A stretch of 64,000 nt of DNA from Octopus sinensis (taxonomy: Eukaryota): the NCBI RefSeq assembly GCF_006345805.1, contig NC_042998.1, forward strand, positions 25,668,001-25,732,000. Direction: 5' to 3'. This document shows, piece by piece, positions 28,894-43,129 of this stretch. Below the pieces are notes generated by a model, which saw only the letters and a program-made list of their open reading frames with translations, was not told where the DNA came from and ran no database searches. The position numbers and the translations under genes were made by a program. How positions within the stretch are numbered: the first letter of the stretch is position 1; the number at the start of each line of letters is the position of its first letter.

Positions 28894-29425
28894 TGGTTGG
28901 GCTGGGCTGGGCTGGGCTGAGCTGGGCTGGGCCGGGCTGAGCTAGCCTGACTGGTCTGAGCTGGCCTGGCCTGGCCTGGCTGGGTTGGGCTGGGCTGGGC
29001 TAGCCTGGTTCGGCTGGGCTGAGCTGGCCTGGCCTGGCTGGGTTGAGCTGGGCTGGGCTAACCTGGCTGCACTGGGCTGAGCTGGCCTGGCCTGGCTGTG
29101 TTAGGTTGGGCTGGGCTGGGCCGAGCTATCCTGACTGGGCTGGGCTGGCCTGGCCTGGCTGGGTTGGGCTGAGCTGGGTTGAGCTGGGCTAGCCTGGCTA
29201 GGCTGGTCTGAGCTAGCCTGGCTGGGCTGAGTTGGCCTGGCCTGACAGGGTTGGGTTGGGCTGGGCTGAGCTGGACTAGGCTGGTTAAACTGGTCTAGAT
29301 TGGTATAGTTGAACTGGAATGGCTTGGTTATGCTGGACAGGCTGGCTAGTCTGTACTGGACTAATTTGGTTAGGCTAGTTTCATTGGGTTGTATTCACTC
29401 TATTGGGCTGGGCTGAGCTGGCTTG
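28894..29425. repeat. G-skewed GGGCT/GAGCT/GGCCT pentamer satellite with ~60-bp higher-order period
   Basis: Direct reading; anchors at 28956, 29019, 29077, 29140 and 29227. Confidence 0.9.
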
Positions 29426-32400
29426 ATATTCAGCCAATCTTGAAATGTGCATGCAACTCAAAATCCCATGTTCAAGAATGTTCATCAAAAGCCTCTTAGA
29501 GTGTAGTTGAAGCATTTCAAGCTCTAAGATGCAGATTTGCCAAAATTTCATGTAAAAATTGGCCACATTCTAATGACTGAAGCAAGTAAATGATAAAAAG
29601 ATAAAATAAGTATTTCGATTGGAAGGTAACCACCAAGGGTCAATCAAAGATCTTCAAAGACCTAAGAATGCCATGAAATCTAGGAGCAAATGCTCCACCC
29701 CGACCCTTAACAGTGTTCTTTGTTCTACAAGAAAAGACTGATCGATACCCCATTTTCATGACCTGTCCTGCCATTTACTTCTATTGTTTATTAAATTTCT
29801 TATATTCCATCTTCTCTAGCAAACTCTGTCTGTCCCTTCGTTTTGTTTTCCATCACAAAGACTAAATTCATGTTTTTATATTCCCTGCTCTCTCAGTGGA
29901 ACTCATATTATCCTGAGCTTCCTATCTGGCTGGCTTGCTGCAAAAGTCAGGGGGATTTACATTACTCTTTCTTTGCTAAATTTTTCAGGCAAAGAGGTAC
30001 TCTTTTTTGTGACATACCTCTTCCACACATTTTCACTTACCTAGAGTTGACCCATTCAGAGTTTCTTTCTTTGGTTCACAACTCTAGCAAAAGATAAATT
30101 GCTATCATTACTGTTAGCATTGATATGGTTGTTATAATTTAAATTTGCACTTATACTACATTAATTCCTCTTGTAAATCTCAAACCATGACAGTTTGTGT
30201 TTACAACTGTTTCTGTTTGTTAACTGATTATTATTTTTTTTTTGTCTTTTGGCTTTTAATCTGTGTCTGACCTCAAAAATTTTAGGGGCATATTTGCTGC
30301 AATCTCCATTGTGGCTAGCACCTCCCACTCACTAGTACGAAGTTGACCATGCTGAACCACTAAAAAATAAAAACAAAAAAAAAACAAATGGACATTTACA
30401 AAAATAAAATAGATGTAACACAATAGATTTTCAAATAACAATGAGACAGATGCTTCAAAATTCCAAAGCCATTCGTTTGTTAAAAAAAAACTCAACATTT
30501 TGTTATTTAGTAAATGTTGTAAAATTTTTATGTGAAGCTCAGCTTACAGTTTTCTGTTCATAGCAAACAATAACAATATTCATATCATCATCATCATCAT
30601 CATCGTTTAACATCCGTTTTCTGCGCTAGCACGGGTTGGACAGTTCGACCGGGGTCTGGAGAGCCAGGGGCTGCTCCAGGCTCCAGTCTGATCTGGCAGT
30701 GTTTCTACAGCTGGATGCCCTTCCTAACGCCAACCACTCCGCGAGTGTAGTGGGTGCTTTTTATAATAAAAATGAATTCTAACACAAGTGTAAGGAGAAA
30801 ACAGCCATTATACTAAAGTCAGTATAAGGTCCTTAAATGTTTAATAATAACATTGGTTTCAAATTTTGACACATGGCTGGTCATTTTTGAAAAAGGATAG
30901 ATCAACTCTAGGGCTCAACTTGTACTTATTTTATTGATCCTGGAAGAGTGAAAGGCAAAATTTGAACTTAGAACATAAAGAACTGTTAGCATGCTGGGCA
31001 AAATGCTATTTTTCCCAGCATGCTAACAATTCTGCCAGCTTACCACCCTATATTTAATTTATCTTTTTTATGTGCCCTTTTCAAGCCTATCCAGGCTTGT
31101 GGGCCTGGTTTCCCGGTTTCTTTGGCATATGTGTTCCCCCCAGCTGGATGGGACGCCAGTCCATTGCAGCGTTACTCAAGAAACAGGAAGAAAGAGTGAG
31201 AGAAAGTTGGGGTGAAAGAGTACAACGGGGGACCCCACCACCCCCTGCCAGAGCCTCGTGGAGCTTTAGGTGTTTTCGCTCAATAAGCACACACAACGCC
31301 TGGTCTGGGAATTGAAACCGTGATTCTCCACCGCGAGTCCGCTGCCCTAACCACTGGGCCATTGCGCTTCCACCCTATATTTGAAATTTTAGGGGAGGGG
31401 ACTTGACAATTACATTGACCCCAGTGTTTCACTAGTACTTAAGTTATCGACCCCTAAAGGATAAAAGTCAAAGTCAACCTCAGTGGAATTTGAACTTAGA
31501 ACGCAGCAATGAGCAAAATAAAGCTAAGCATTTTGTCCAGCATACTAACAGTTCTGACAGCTCACCACCTTATATTCTTTTACTTGTTTCAGTCATTTGA
31601 CTGAGGCCATGCTGGAGCACCACATTTTTTAGTCGAGCAGGACTTATTCTTTGTCAGCCTAGTACTTATTCTATTTTGCCGAACCACTAAGTTACGGGGA
31701 CGTAAACACACCAGCATCAGTTGTCAAGTGATGTTAGGGGGGACAAACACAGACACACAAACATACATATATGTATATACATATATACGATGGGCTTCTT
31801 TCAGTTTCTGTCTACCCAATCCACTCACAAGGCTTTGGTCGGCCCGAGGCTATAGAAGACACTTGCCCAAGGTGCCATGCAGTGGGACTGAACCCGGAAC
31901 CATGTGGTTGGTAAGCAAGCTACTTACCACACAGCCACTCCTATGCCTCAAGTTATTTGCGAATATTTATACTGAACAGTAAAAATATTTCACTCTAAAT
32001 GCTTCATGTGATTTTGACTTGGGACTTCAGTAAAACCTTTCACACAAACGTATTTGTTTCATACAGTGATCTAAACAGCAACACTCTTTGTATATCCAAT
32101 TATATAAGAAAGAAGCAGACCAAATGTTTTATGCAACGTGGTCCAGGAAGAATAAACTGTTTGCTTGCAATGAGCCTGCTTGTATGTGTGCATGTGTGCT
32201 TGTAAGTGTGTGAGTGTGCATTCAGCCATGTGTGTGTGTACACATGTGTATACTTCCATATATGTAATCCATATGCACATACATGCATATATATATGCAT
32301 ATACATGCATATATATTTATATATACATATATGTGTGTGCGTATGTATATATATATATATATATACATATACATGTATATATATGCATATATGTATATAC

Positions 32401-32465
32401 ACTTACCCAGTCATACATATGTATATTACATATATACTGACGTAAATGCATATGTGTATATGCAA

Positions 32466-32505
<40 letters not shown>

Positions 32506-32546
32506 TGTGTATGTAAGCATGTCACTCTCTCACTTTCTCTTTCTCT

Positions 32547-32582
<36 letters not shown>

Positions 32583-33239
32583 ATGCATGTATATATATTT
32601 ATATATATATTATTTTTTCTTTTATTTGTATATCTTTCTATTTCTCAATGTGTGGAGTGGTATGTGTATCTGCGTGTGTATGTGTGAGTGTGTGTGTGTG
32701 TTTATGTGCACTTATACATTAATGTGTGTGCATGTGGTTTCTGTGCATGTGAGAAGAAAAGACAAAAAGAAAAAAAAAGAAAAATACACAAAAATAGTAG
32801 AAGAATGAAAGAAAGAGGAAAAAAAAAACAAATACAGAAAGAAAAAGTGGGTGTATATGCATTTAATAACAACATTTGTTTTCATGTAATTTTTAACTGA
32901 TAGTCCAGTAGTTAAGAAAGATATGATAGGAGAAAAGAACAGAAATTCACGAAAGTGCAAACAGTAAACAAAAGAAAGATAAATAACGCAGAAGAAAATA
33001 AATATAATTATGTTGTGATAAGACAGTTGTTACTATTTAACCCCAGGTCAGCTCTGATCCAGCAAACCTATAATCAAAAGCATTCCAGCCAAGGGGATTG
33101 TATTTTTGTATGTATCTAAGTTTATATTTTCTAGTGTATTGTTTCTTTTCTAAGAGTATCTAGTGTGAATTGAGAGATATTTGGCTGCTGCTTCTAGCAG
33201 TCTGAAGGAGACCGTGTAAAGGCTTCTTGTCTCCAGAAA

Positions 33240-33474
33240 ATTGTAGGAGAGGAAGGTAGGTAGGAGACATTGAGATAAAGAAATTGTAGGCATCACTGTG
33301 TTTAGTAATGTATGAAAGAAATTATTTTAAGATCAAGGAAGGAGTGAAAGAAATTTAGAAAGGAAAAGATAAGAGAAAGGAAATATATTTGAGAGAATAT
33401 ATAACATTGTGTGAAGCAATAGAAAGGCAAGTAAACAGAATAGAAAAAGACAGAGGCAATGGGAGAGAGAAAGA

Positions 33475-33519
<45 letters not shown>

Positions 33520-33960
33520 GGACTTAGATAAACAAAATAACTGTCAGAGATAACAGGAAGGGGGAAGGAAGTGTAAAAGTCAGAGTAAAGAGAAGGAAAA
33601 TAGATAGGGAGGGAGAGGGGAAGGGAGAGAGGAGAAGGGAGAGAGGAGAATGGAGTGAGGGGGAAGGGAGAGACAGAGAGAGAGAGAGAAAGAGAAAATA
33701 GAAACTTGAGTGCAAGGAAGAAGGGCTGAGAAGGTATAGAAGTAATTAGAGACAGGAAGATATTGTATAGACAGAAAGAAAAAAAAGAGGAAATAAAATG
33801 CACAACAGAGGAGTGAAGAAGAAGGAGAAAAATTTAAGGAAAGACGTGGGGGGGGGGGAATGAAGGAATTACATGGTAAGCAGGATAAATAAATGAAAGA
33901 GGAAAAATCTGTACAAAAATAACTGAAAGAATGAGTGAATATAATAATAAAAGGAAAGAG
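33240..33960. repeat. Purine-rich low-complexity tract with (GA)n
   Basis: Direct reading; a similar tract lies at ~420-700. Confidence 0.85.
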
Positions 33961-33971
33961 GAAGTGGTTTG

Positions 33972-34035
<64 letters not shown>

Positions 34036-34561
34036 TATATGTATATGTATATATATGTATATGTAATATATATATATTTTTTATTTATTTGTTTCAGTCA
34101 TTTGACTACGGCCGTACTGGAGCACCACCTTTAGTCGAACAAATTGACCAGGACTTCTTCTTAGTAAGCTTAGTACTTATTCTATCGGTCTCTTTTGCCA
34201 AACTGTTAAGCTACGGGGATATAAACACACCAACATCGGTTGTCATGTGATGTTGGGGGTGGGGATAAACACAGACACATAAACATATATATATGTTTCC
34301 GTCTACCAAATCCACTCACAAAGCTTTGGTCAGCCCAAGGCTATAATAGAAGACACTTGCCAAAGGTGCCTCACAGTGGGACTGAACCCAGAACCATGTG
34401 GTTGATAAGCAAGCTACTTACCACACAACTACTCCTGTGGCTAAAAACATACATATACATACATATATACACACACACACACATATATATATATACATAT
34501 GTACAAATGTGAGCATATATATGTGTTGTGTGAATGTGTTTGTGTTTGTGAGTGTGGTGTA

Positions 34562-34603
<42 letters not shown>

Positions 34604-34787
34604 CATACATACACAAACGCATATATACATTTACATGCATACTACACACACACACACACATATATATATATACATTTATATGTATATACACACACACACG
34701 TGATATATACATACACGTGTGTTTATATACTTGCATGTACATGTGTATATTTATATATAGCGACTGAGAAAGAGAGAGCGAGAGAGT

Positions 34788-34818
<31 letters not shown>

Positions 34819-35991
34819 TGAGAGAGTGAGAGAGAGAGAGAGAGAACAAGCATATTGACATGATAGAACAAAAGAGAACAGAAGTAAGAATTGATGAAGG
34901 GAATGAGATCTCACTGATGGCAGCAGCAGTAGTGGTGGGGAGTGGCGGGGGAGGGGGCGGCGGTGGTGGTAGTGGTGGTAGTAGTGGTGGTGGTAGTGGT
35001 GGTGGTGGTGGTGGTTGGTGGGGTGGTGGTGGTTGGTGGTGGCAGCGATAATAGTGGTGATTGCACCAATGTTGGTGGTGATAATAAAACAGGGAAGAGA
35101 AGATGAGTATATTAGCAGTTATTTAGTGGTTGCTGGAATTTTCGGTTGGTTCAGTAAGTTGGTGGCACCATTTCAGTAATAAAAATACCCATATTTCAAA
35201 ACAAGTTGAGAAATATGAGAAATTCAATGCTTTGCTGTAATGAAAAATGAGATGATATTTCTAATTTGCGATACATATATTTGATTCTTAACTGAAGATT
35301 TTTCTCAGACATATTCTACTTCTATATCAACTTGTATCAGTTTTTGTTATTCATGGAACAGCGAATAATTCAATTGAGACCCAAGCCTAACGTAATTACA
35401 GATAAATCTAGGGGAAAAATAGCAGTTTCCATTTATGGAAAATTCTGTTGGTGAACTCTGTACGATTATCAGTGAAAAAGGAGAGTGTGTATGTACATGT
35501 GCGTATGCGTGTGTGATGCATACTCATGTGTATGTATGCATGTATGTATGCATGTGTGTATGTAATATGTGTGTGCGTTCATGTGTGTGTGCGTATATCT
35601 ATATGTGTGTGTGATATTATATATCATCATCATCATCATCATCATCATTTAGCGTCCGTTTACATGCCAGCATGGGTTGGACGGGTCTATGGGTCTGTGA
35701 GCAAGGCTTCATCCGGCCCATCAAATCTGGCCAGTTTCTACGGCTGATTGCCTTAACGCCAACCCTCCGGAGTGTAGTGGGTGCTTTTTACGTGCCACCC
35801 GCACTCGGTGGCAGACAGATGGCAAACGCCAGAAAAGGATGGTGCTTTTATGTTCACCGGCACGAGGCCAGGCGAGGCTGCACGGACACTAAACGGGCGT
35901 GTGGCAACGGTCGCGAACGGAAAGTTCTCTATGCCACGCACTGGTACACATCTGCAATTTCCATGATCGATTTCCATTACATATATAAGCC

Positions 35992-36037
<46 letters not shown>

Positions 36038-36394
36038 CATAATAACATATATATAAATATATATATATAAGGGTGTATATATAAACATATATATATATAT
36101 ATATATATATACAAGTATATATATGTATATATAAGCATATATATATAAGCAGCTGTAGAAACACTGCCATATCAGACTGGAGCCTGGAGCAGCCCCTGGC
36201 TTCCCAGGTCCCGGTCGAACCGTCCAACCCGTGCTAGCGCGGAAAACGGACGTTAAACGATGATGATGATGATATACATACATATATAAGCATATATATA
36301 CATTTATACATATAATACACACACTCTTATAAAATGCGTTTGTGAATATATATATACATGTGTGTGTATATATTTTATATAAATATATATAAGC

Positions 36395-36425
<31 letters not shown>

Positions 36426-37587
36426 GTGTGTGCGTGTGCGTGCATGTGTATGTACATGTGTACATGTGTGTGTGTGCATGTGTTAATATTTTGGTCTGTA
36501 GGCATGCAACTGGGTGCATCTGCTGTGCATGCATCTATGTATGATTGTTACTGTCATAATTGATATTATTATAAATGTGAACTCCTTTAAGCACTGCACA
36601 TTGCAGCTATAAAAAAACCCACAGCAAACCAAAAAAAAAAGAGAGATGAGATTAGTGAACCAATCTTGTAAGCCATTCTATTGATATAGGTATATCCTTG
36701 TTGCTCATCACATTGCATAAAACGATTTGCAGCTGAAAACACTGGTTCAGTTCCAGCCAGAAGCATTTTTATTGGAAGTCATTATTCAGGAGTATATCTA
36801 AAATGGAAAGAAAATAAATTTCTAACAGAGTATCATTCCTCACTGAATGATGGACTGACTCTTGAGGATATAAACCCATTTCTACACATATTATATATAT
36901 GATATATATATATATATAATATATATTATATATATAATATATATATATATATATATTTATACAATACTTAATTTGTATATATTAGATTTCTCTGTTTCTA
37001 ACTAGTAAAATGTTTGATATCCTACTGTATTCAATATAATATATTCAAAATTTTATATATCAAACCAGTAAACCAGTATATCTTGGATAAATATCCCTAT
37101 AAGAGGTTTAATTATCCTCAGGGGTTTGTATGATTGTGTATAGAGGGATATTTATTATTCAAAGGAATTCCAACTCTGTTTTTTATGTTTTATTTATATT
37201 CTTTATAATATTAATGTAGAATATAGAATATATAGTATAAATAATATATATAGCAAAATGAAATGAAGTACTGATTGTCCTATTGAATAGATGAAATGTT
37301 GAATATCAAATATTAAGGGACTAGTATACTCTCTTGCATTAAAGCAGTTTTCAAGGTCCCAGGTTGTAACAGGAGTGTTATATCATCATCATCATCATCA
37401 TCGTTTAAAATCCGCTTTCCAGGCTAGCATGGGTTGGACGGTTCAACTGGGGTCCGGGGAGCCCGAAGGCTGCACCAGGCCAGTCAGATCTGGCAGTGTT
37501 TCTACAGCTGGATGCCCTTCCTAACGCCAACCACTCCGAGAGTGTAGTGGGTGATTTTATGTGCCACCGACACAGGTGCCAGACAAG

Positions 37588-37621
<34 letters not shown>

Positions 37622-38899
37622 CTCTTTACTCTTTTATTTGTTTCAGTCATTTGACTGCGGCCATGCTGGAGCACCGCCTTTAATCGAGCAGCTCGACCCT
37701 GGCACTTATTCTTTGTAAGCTCAGTACTTATTCTATCGGTCTGTCTTGCCGAACCGCTAAGTGACGGGGAAATAAACACACCAGCATCGGTTGTCAAGCA
37801 ATGCTGGGGGGACAAACACAGACACACAAACACACACATGCATATATATATATATATATACATACATATATACGACGGGCTTCTTTCAGTTTCCGTCTAC
37901 CAAATCCACTCACAAGGCTTTGGTCAGCCCGAGGCTATAGTAGAAGCCACTTGCCCAAGGTGCCACGCAGTGGGACTGAACCCGGAACCATGTGGTTGGT
38001 AAACAAGCTACTTACCACACAGCCACTCCTGAGCCTATATATAGTCACTGCAAGAATATATGCACCTCTTAAAGGGATGATTTCATCCAAGTTACACTGG
38101 CCCCCACCCCAAAAATTTCAGGCCTTATGCCTAGGGTAGAAAAGAATATATATAATTTAAGAGTAATAGTTGTTACCACCTCAACCTGTTGCTACTCTTA
38201 TTAACTCCAGGAGGGATTCGTTTGTTTAATTTGTTGAATCTGCTCTAGCTGACCAAAGGGGAAAAGGTTGGTGGACATATAACACAAGCTGTATTTCATT
38301 GTTCAATTTGACTGTTATCATGTTTGGAAAGGGTTGGGGACAGGAAGAGCATCCCGTCATAGAAAATCTGCCTGAACATAATTCTATCTCACCTATGCAA
38401 ACATAGGTCAGAGCATAAATGTGTGTGAGCTTATATATTCTTTTGCCCTTTTACTAGTTTCAGTCATGTGACTGTGGCCATGCTGGAGCACCGCCTTTAG
38501 CTGAGCAAATCGCCCCCAGGACTTATTCTTTGTAAGCCTAGTATTTATTCTATCAGTCTCTTTGGCCGAACCACTAAGTTACAGGGATGTAAACACACCA
38601 GCATCGGTTGTCGAGTGATCTTGGGGGGGAGGGGGACAAACACAGACACAAACATACATCATACACATATACATATATATGCATATATACGACAAGCTTC
38701 TTTCAGTTTCCATCTACCAAATCGACTCATAAGGCTTAGGTCGGGCCAAGGCTACAGTAGAAGTCACTGAACCCAGAACCATGTGGTTGGTAAGCAAGCT
38801 ACTTAATACACAGCCACTCCTATGCCTAAAATAATACATTATTTACATTTGACAGATATTTGTCCTCATCTTGTTTATTATTAAGACATCAGGTGTCCT

Positions 38900-39040
38900 G
38901 GGAAAATTTCGAACCTGGGTGCTCATTCCTAACGTTATTTTTCCGAAATTATCATTTTCATTATTCAGGTCAGTGCCAGGAATCGAACTCAAAATCTTGG
39001 GTTAGTAGCCTGCACTCTTAACCACTACACCGATATACCC
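38900..39040 (-). mobile_element. tRNA-derived SINE head (further family)
   Basis: Minus strand ggtgtagtggttaagagtgcaggctactaacccaagattttgagttcgattcctggc. Confidence 0.65.
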
Positions 39041-39165
39041 ATGGGGTATATATTATTATATAATATATATATTATATATATATTATATATATATAATATA
39101 TATATATATATAGATATATATAGAATATATATATATATATATATCTATATATATATATTATATAT

Positions 39166-39196
<31 letters not shown>

Positions 39197-39339
39197 TATA
39201 GATATATATAGCCACTATGAGGATATTTAGGCCTCTTATAGGGCTATTTTAGCCAAGATACACTGGTTTATAATATTGTATTTTGAAGAGATATTTCTTC
39301 AATTAATATATTATATAAAATATAAAATATTAAATATTA

Positions 39340-39753
39340 TTAAGTTTGAAAACGAAGAGATCCAATGGATACAAATTTATTCATAAATTAATTATCATCG
39401 TCACCTACAATTGTTTTAATTCACATCCAGTTTAGACTACAAAACATATATAAAGATATAATCTTGCATATTAAAATTCTTTGGTTCGAAAATCATCAGA
39501 GTGTGAAAAGGACAATACAAGGATTACATTATGATCGGTTGAAATACTCCAATAGATTCATAATGTAATCCTTGTATTGTCCTTTTTCATACCCTGATGA
39601 TATTCCACCCAAGGTATTTTGAAATGCAAATTCATATCTTTATATATGCTTTGTAGTTTAAATTGGATGTGAAATGAAACAATTGTAGGTGAAGATGATA
39701 ATCAATTAATAAATTAATTTGTATCCATTGGATCTCTCCATTTTCAAACTTAA
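39340..39753. mobile_element. Older PLE-like fold-back with paired decayed HHRs
   Basis: ~195-bp imperfect arms and a 23-nt loop (39535-39557). The right arm keeps CUGAUGA-U...U-GAAA CAAUUG UA GGUG (39587-39693); the left arm has GAAA changed to AAAA. Confidence 0.75.
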
Positions 39754-39792
39754 TTATACATGCACACACACATACATACATACATGTGTATG

Positions 39793-39823
<31 letters not shown>

Positions 39824-40101
39824 TAAGTTAGAAACGACAAGAGAAATAGTATGATGAAATTCATTTAACTATAAGAAAATTCAAATATTACATCAAATGG
39901 TTTCACAACTTAAAGGATGTAAAGATAATTTATTTTATCATATTTAATAATAAATAAATTACTTCCATAACTGCATTAATACAAATAATCCTTTAAAACA
40001 ATGCAGAAAATAGCTCATCCTCAGGGGAAAGAAAAATCTTGTTAAATACTAAAGTCACTTGTATATGTGTGCCTCTGTGTGTGTGTGTGTGGTGGTGTGT
40101 G

Positions 40102-40201
40102 NNNNNNNNNNNNNNNNNNNNNNNNNNNNNNNNNNNNNNNNNNNNNNNNNNNNNNNNNNNNNNNNNNNNNNNNNNNNNNNNNNNNNNNNNNNNNNNNNNN
40201 N
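40102..40201. other. Assembly gap (100 N)
   Basis: Run of N next to a GT microsatellite. Confidence 1.
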
Positions 40202-40299
40202 CTCCGCTGCATCTGATTCTTTTTGGCCAATCACGGCAACCACACAGTGTGAAAATAATTATATGTATATATACATATATAACACATGTATATAAATTA

Positions 40300-40330
<31 letters not shown>

Positions 40331-40941
40331 GCGTGTGTGTATGTATATATGTGTATATATATGTATATATATAATAATGTAAATAATATATACATATTTG
40401 CATATATATACACACACATGTACATGCCTACACATATATGTATATATACATGCATATATGGTATTTGGGTACAGGACGTCAAAAAACATGAACAAAATGA
40501 GAAACGAGAACATAAAAAACAAAAGCATGGAAAACGAACTTTTTTCAAACAATGAAAGAAACAAATAGAGAAATGAGACAGGAAACATAAAGAACATTCC
40601 CTTCATCAGTTGTCCCCTGTTTTATCTACTCCGTGTTTCAAACGCTTGGGACAAGACGTGACTTCATCAAAACAGTCTTTCCAGCAAAGCAAATTAAATA
40701 TAATTTGGGATTTTTTGCAGAGGGTTAAAGGGGTAACAAAAACAGGACAGTAAGAACAAAACAATAAAAACAAACGGTGTGGGCTGTTAAGCCATAACGA
40801 GGTGAAGTAGTGAATGCTACTTGGTATAGAGCAAATGGCTAAGGTCAGTTGGGTGTGAAGGTGGGGTATTTCTCCAGATAAACACTCAACCGAATACAGG
40901 GCTATCAACACTGTTGTGATCCAAGCCAAAGCTGGAATACT

Positions 40942-41173
40942 TCTTATTTCTTTATTGCCCACAAGGGGCCAAACATAGAGGGGACAAACCAGGACAGACA
41001 AAGGGATTAAGTCGATTACATTGACCCCAGTGCATAACTGGTACTTAATTTATCTACCCTGAAAGGATGAAAGGCAAAATCAACCTCAGCGGAATTTGAA
41101 CTCAGAACGTAGTGGTAGGCAAAATACCGCTAAGCATTTTGCCCAGTGTGCTAACATGTCTGCCAGCTCGCCA
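40942..41173 (-). mobile_element. SINE family C with 10-bp TSD
   Basis: ctggaatact at 40932-40941 and 41174-41183. Confidence 0.9.
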
Positions 41174-41493
41174 CTGGAATACTCCTGGTGTGGAAAATCC
41201 AAGTTTCACGACAATTATACCATCGTATGGTTTGGCGAAGCATAAATAATCCAATAAAAAGAAGACAAATAAAATTCTTTAACACATACTCTTTTACTTG
41301 TTTCAGTCATTTGACTGCGGCCATGCTGGAGCACCGCCTTTAGTCAAGCAAACCGACCCCGAGACTTATTCTTTGTAAGCCTACTACTTATTCTATCGGT
41401 CTCTTTTGCCGAACCGCTAAGTGACGGGGACATAAACACACCAGCATCAGTTGTCAAGCAATGCTAGGGGGACAAACACAGACACACAAACAT

Positions 41494-41525
<32 letters not shown>

Positions 41526-43129
41526 TACAGGCTTCTTTCAGTTTCCGTCTACCAAATCTACCCACAAGGCATTGGTCGGCCCGAGGCTATAGCAGAAGAC
41601 ACTTGCCCAAGATGCCACGCAGTGGGACTGAACCCGGAACCATGTGGTCGGTAAGCAAGCTACTTACCACACAGCCACTCCTGCACCTAATTATGAGTTA
41701 CCAAAGTCTCCATACCATCTCCTTCTGCAACATCAGCGTACGCAAAAATTCTAAAAGAAAAATTACGTAATACTTGCGGTTTTAGGCATCGGTGGGGTAC
41801 TTCCTCAGACTTACATCAAAGGCATGCTATTACATTGTGTGTCTATCTCGGACCATGTTGTGAGGAAAAGTACCGGAAGGAAAGAAAAAAGAAAAAAATG
41901 AAAGTGTACATATGCGGGATGAAACTGTGGGGAAGATATTATATGGGGGTGGGAATCAAGAGGGTGGATACATTTCATTATACGTATCACTCTCATCATT
42001 ATACACACCTATCCTCTTGATTCCTTCACCCCACCACATAATATCTACCCCACAGACTCATCCTGCATACACATTTTTTATTCTTTATTTCTTATATCTT
42101 TCTGGTACTTTCCCAACAAGGTCTGATAGACACACAAGGTAATAGCACACCTTTGATGCAAGTCTGAGGAAAAGCCTTCCCAATGCCTAAAACCGCAAAC
42201 ATTGCATAATTTTTCTTTTATAATTTTTGCATTTACTGCCATTGCAAATGAAGATGGTACAGAAACATTTGTAACTTGTAATTAAAGATGTATTACAGAA
42301 TTTTCTTTGTCTTCTTCTTTTCATTGGTATATACGTGTATATATATATATGTATGTGGAGTCGTGTGGCTTAGTGGTTAGGGTGTTGAACTCATGATCGT
42401 AAAGTTGTGGTTTCGATTCCTGGACCAGGCGATGCATTGTGTTCTTGAGCAAAACACTTAATTTCACGTTGTTTCAGTCCACTCAGCTGGCAAAAATGAG
42501 TAATCCTACGAAGGACAGGTGTCCTGTCCAGGTGGGGAATTTCTACGCCACTGAAACCGGGAAACTGACCCTTATGAGCCTGGTATGGCTCAAGAAGGAA
42601 CATTTATTTATATATATCTCTTTTACACTTTTACTTGTTTAAGTCATTTTACTTGTTTCAGTCACTGAGGCCATGCTGGAGCACTGCCTTTAGTCAAACA
42701 AATCACCCCCAGGACTTATTCTTTATAAGCCTAGTACTTATTCTATCAGTTTCTTTTGCTGAATCGCTACGTTATGGGGACGTAAACACATCAGCATCGG
42801 TTGTCAAGCGATGTTGGGGGGACAAACACAGATACACAAACATATACATACACATATATATATACATATATACAACAGGCTTCTTTCAGTTTCCATCAAC
42901 CAAATCCACTCATAAGGCTTTGGTTGGCTCGAGGTTATAGTAGAAGGTACTTGCCCAAGGTGCCATGCAGTGGGACTGAACCTGAAACCATGTGGTTGGT
43001 AAGCAAGCTACTTACCACACAGCCACTCCTGTATATGTGCATATATATATATATGTATGTATACACAGGTGCTTATAATTATCAAGTACTCACCCCGAAT
43101 TTCTATACTCAACTCACCTATGTATGTAT

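Noticed and set aside
37095-37125. Minus-strand CUGAGGA-U motif (similar at ~57495-57517)
   Set aside because: No GAAA core or stem I partner in register.
40102-40201. X-containing ORFs over the gap
   Set aside because: Artefact of the N run.
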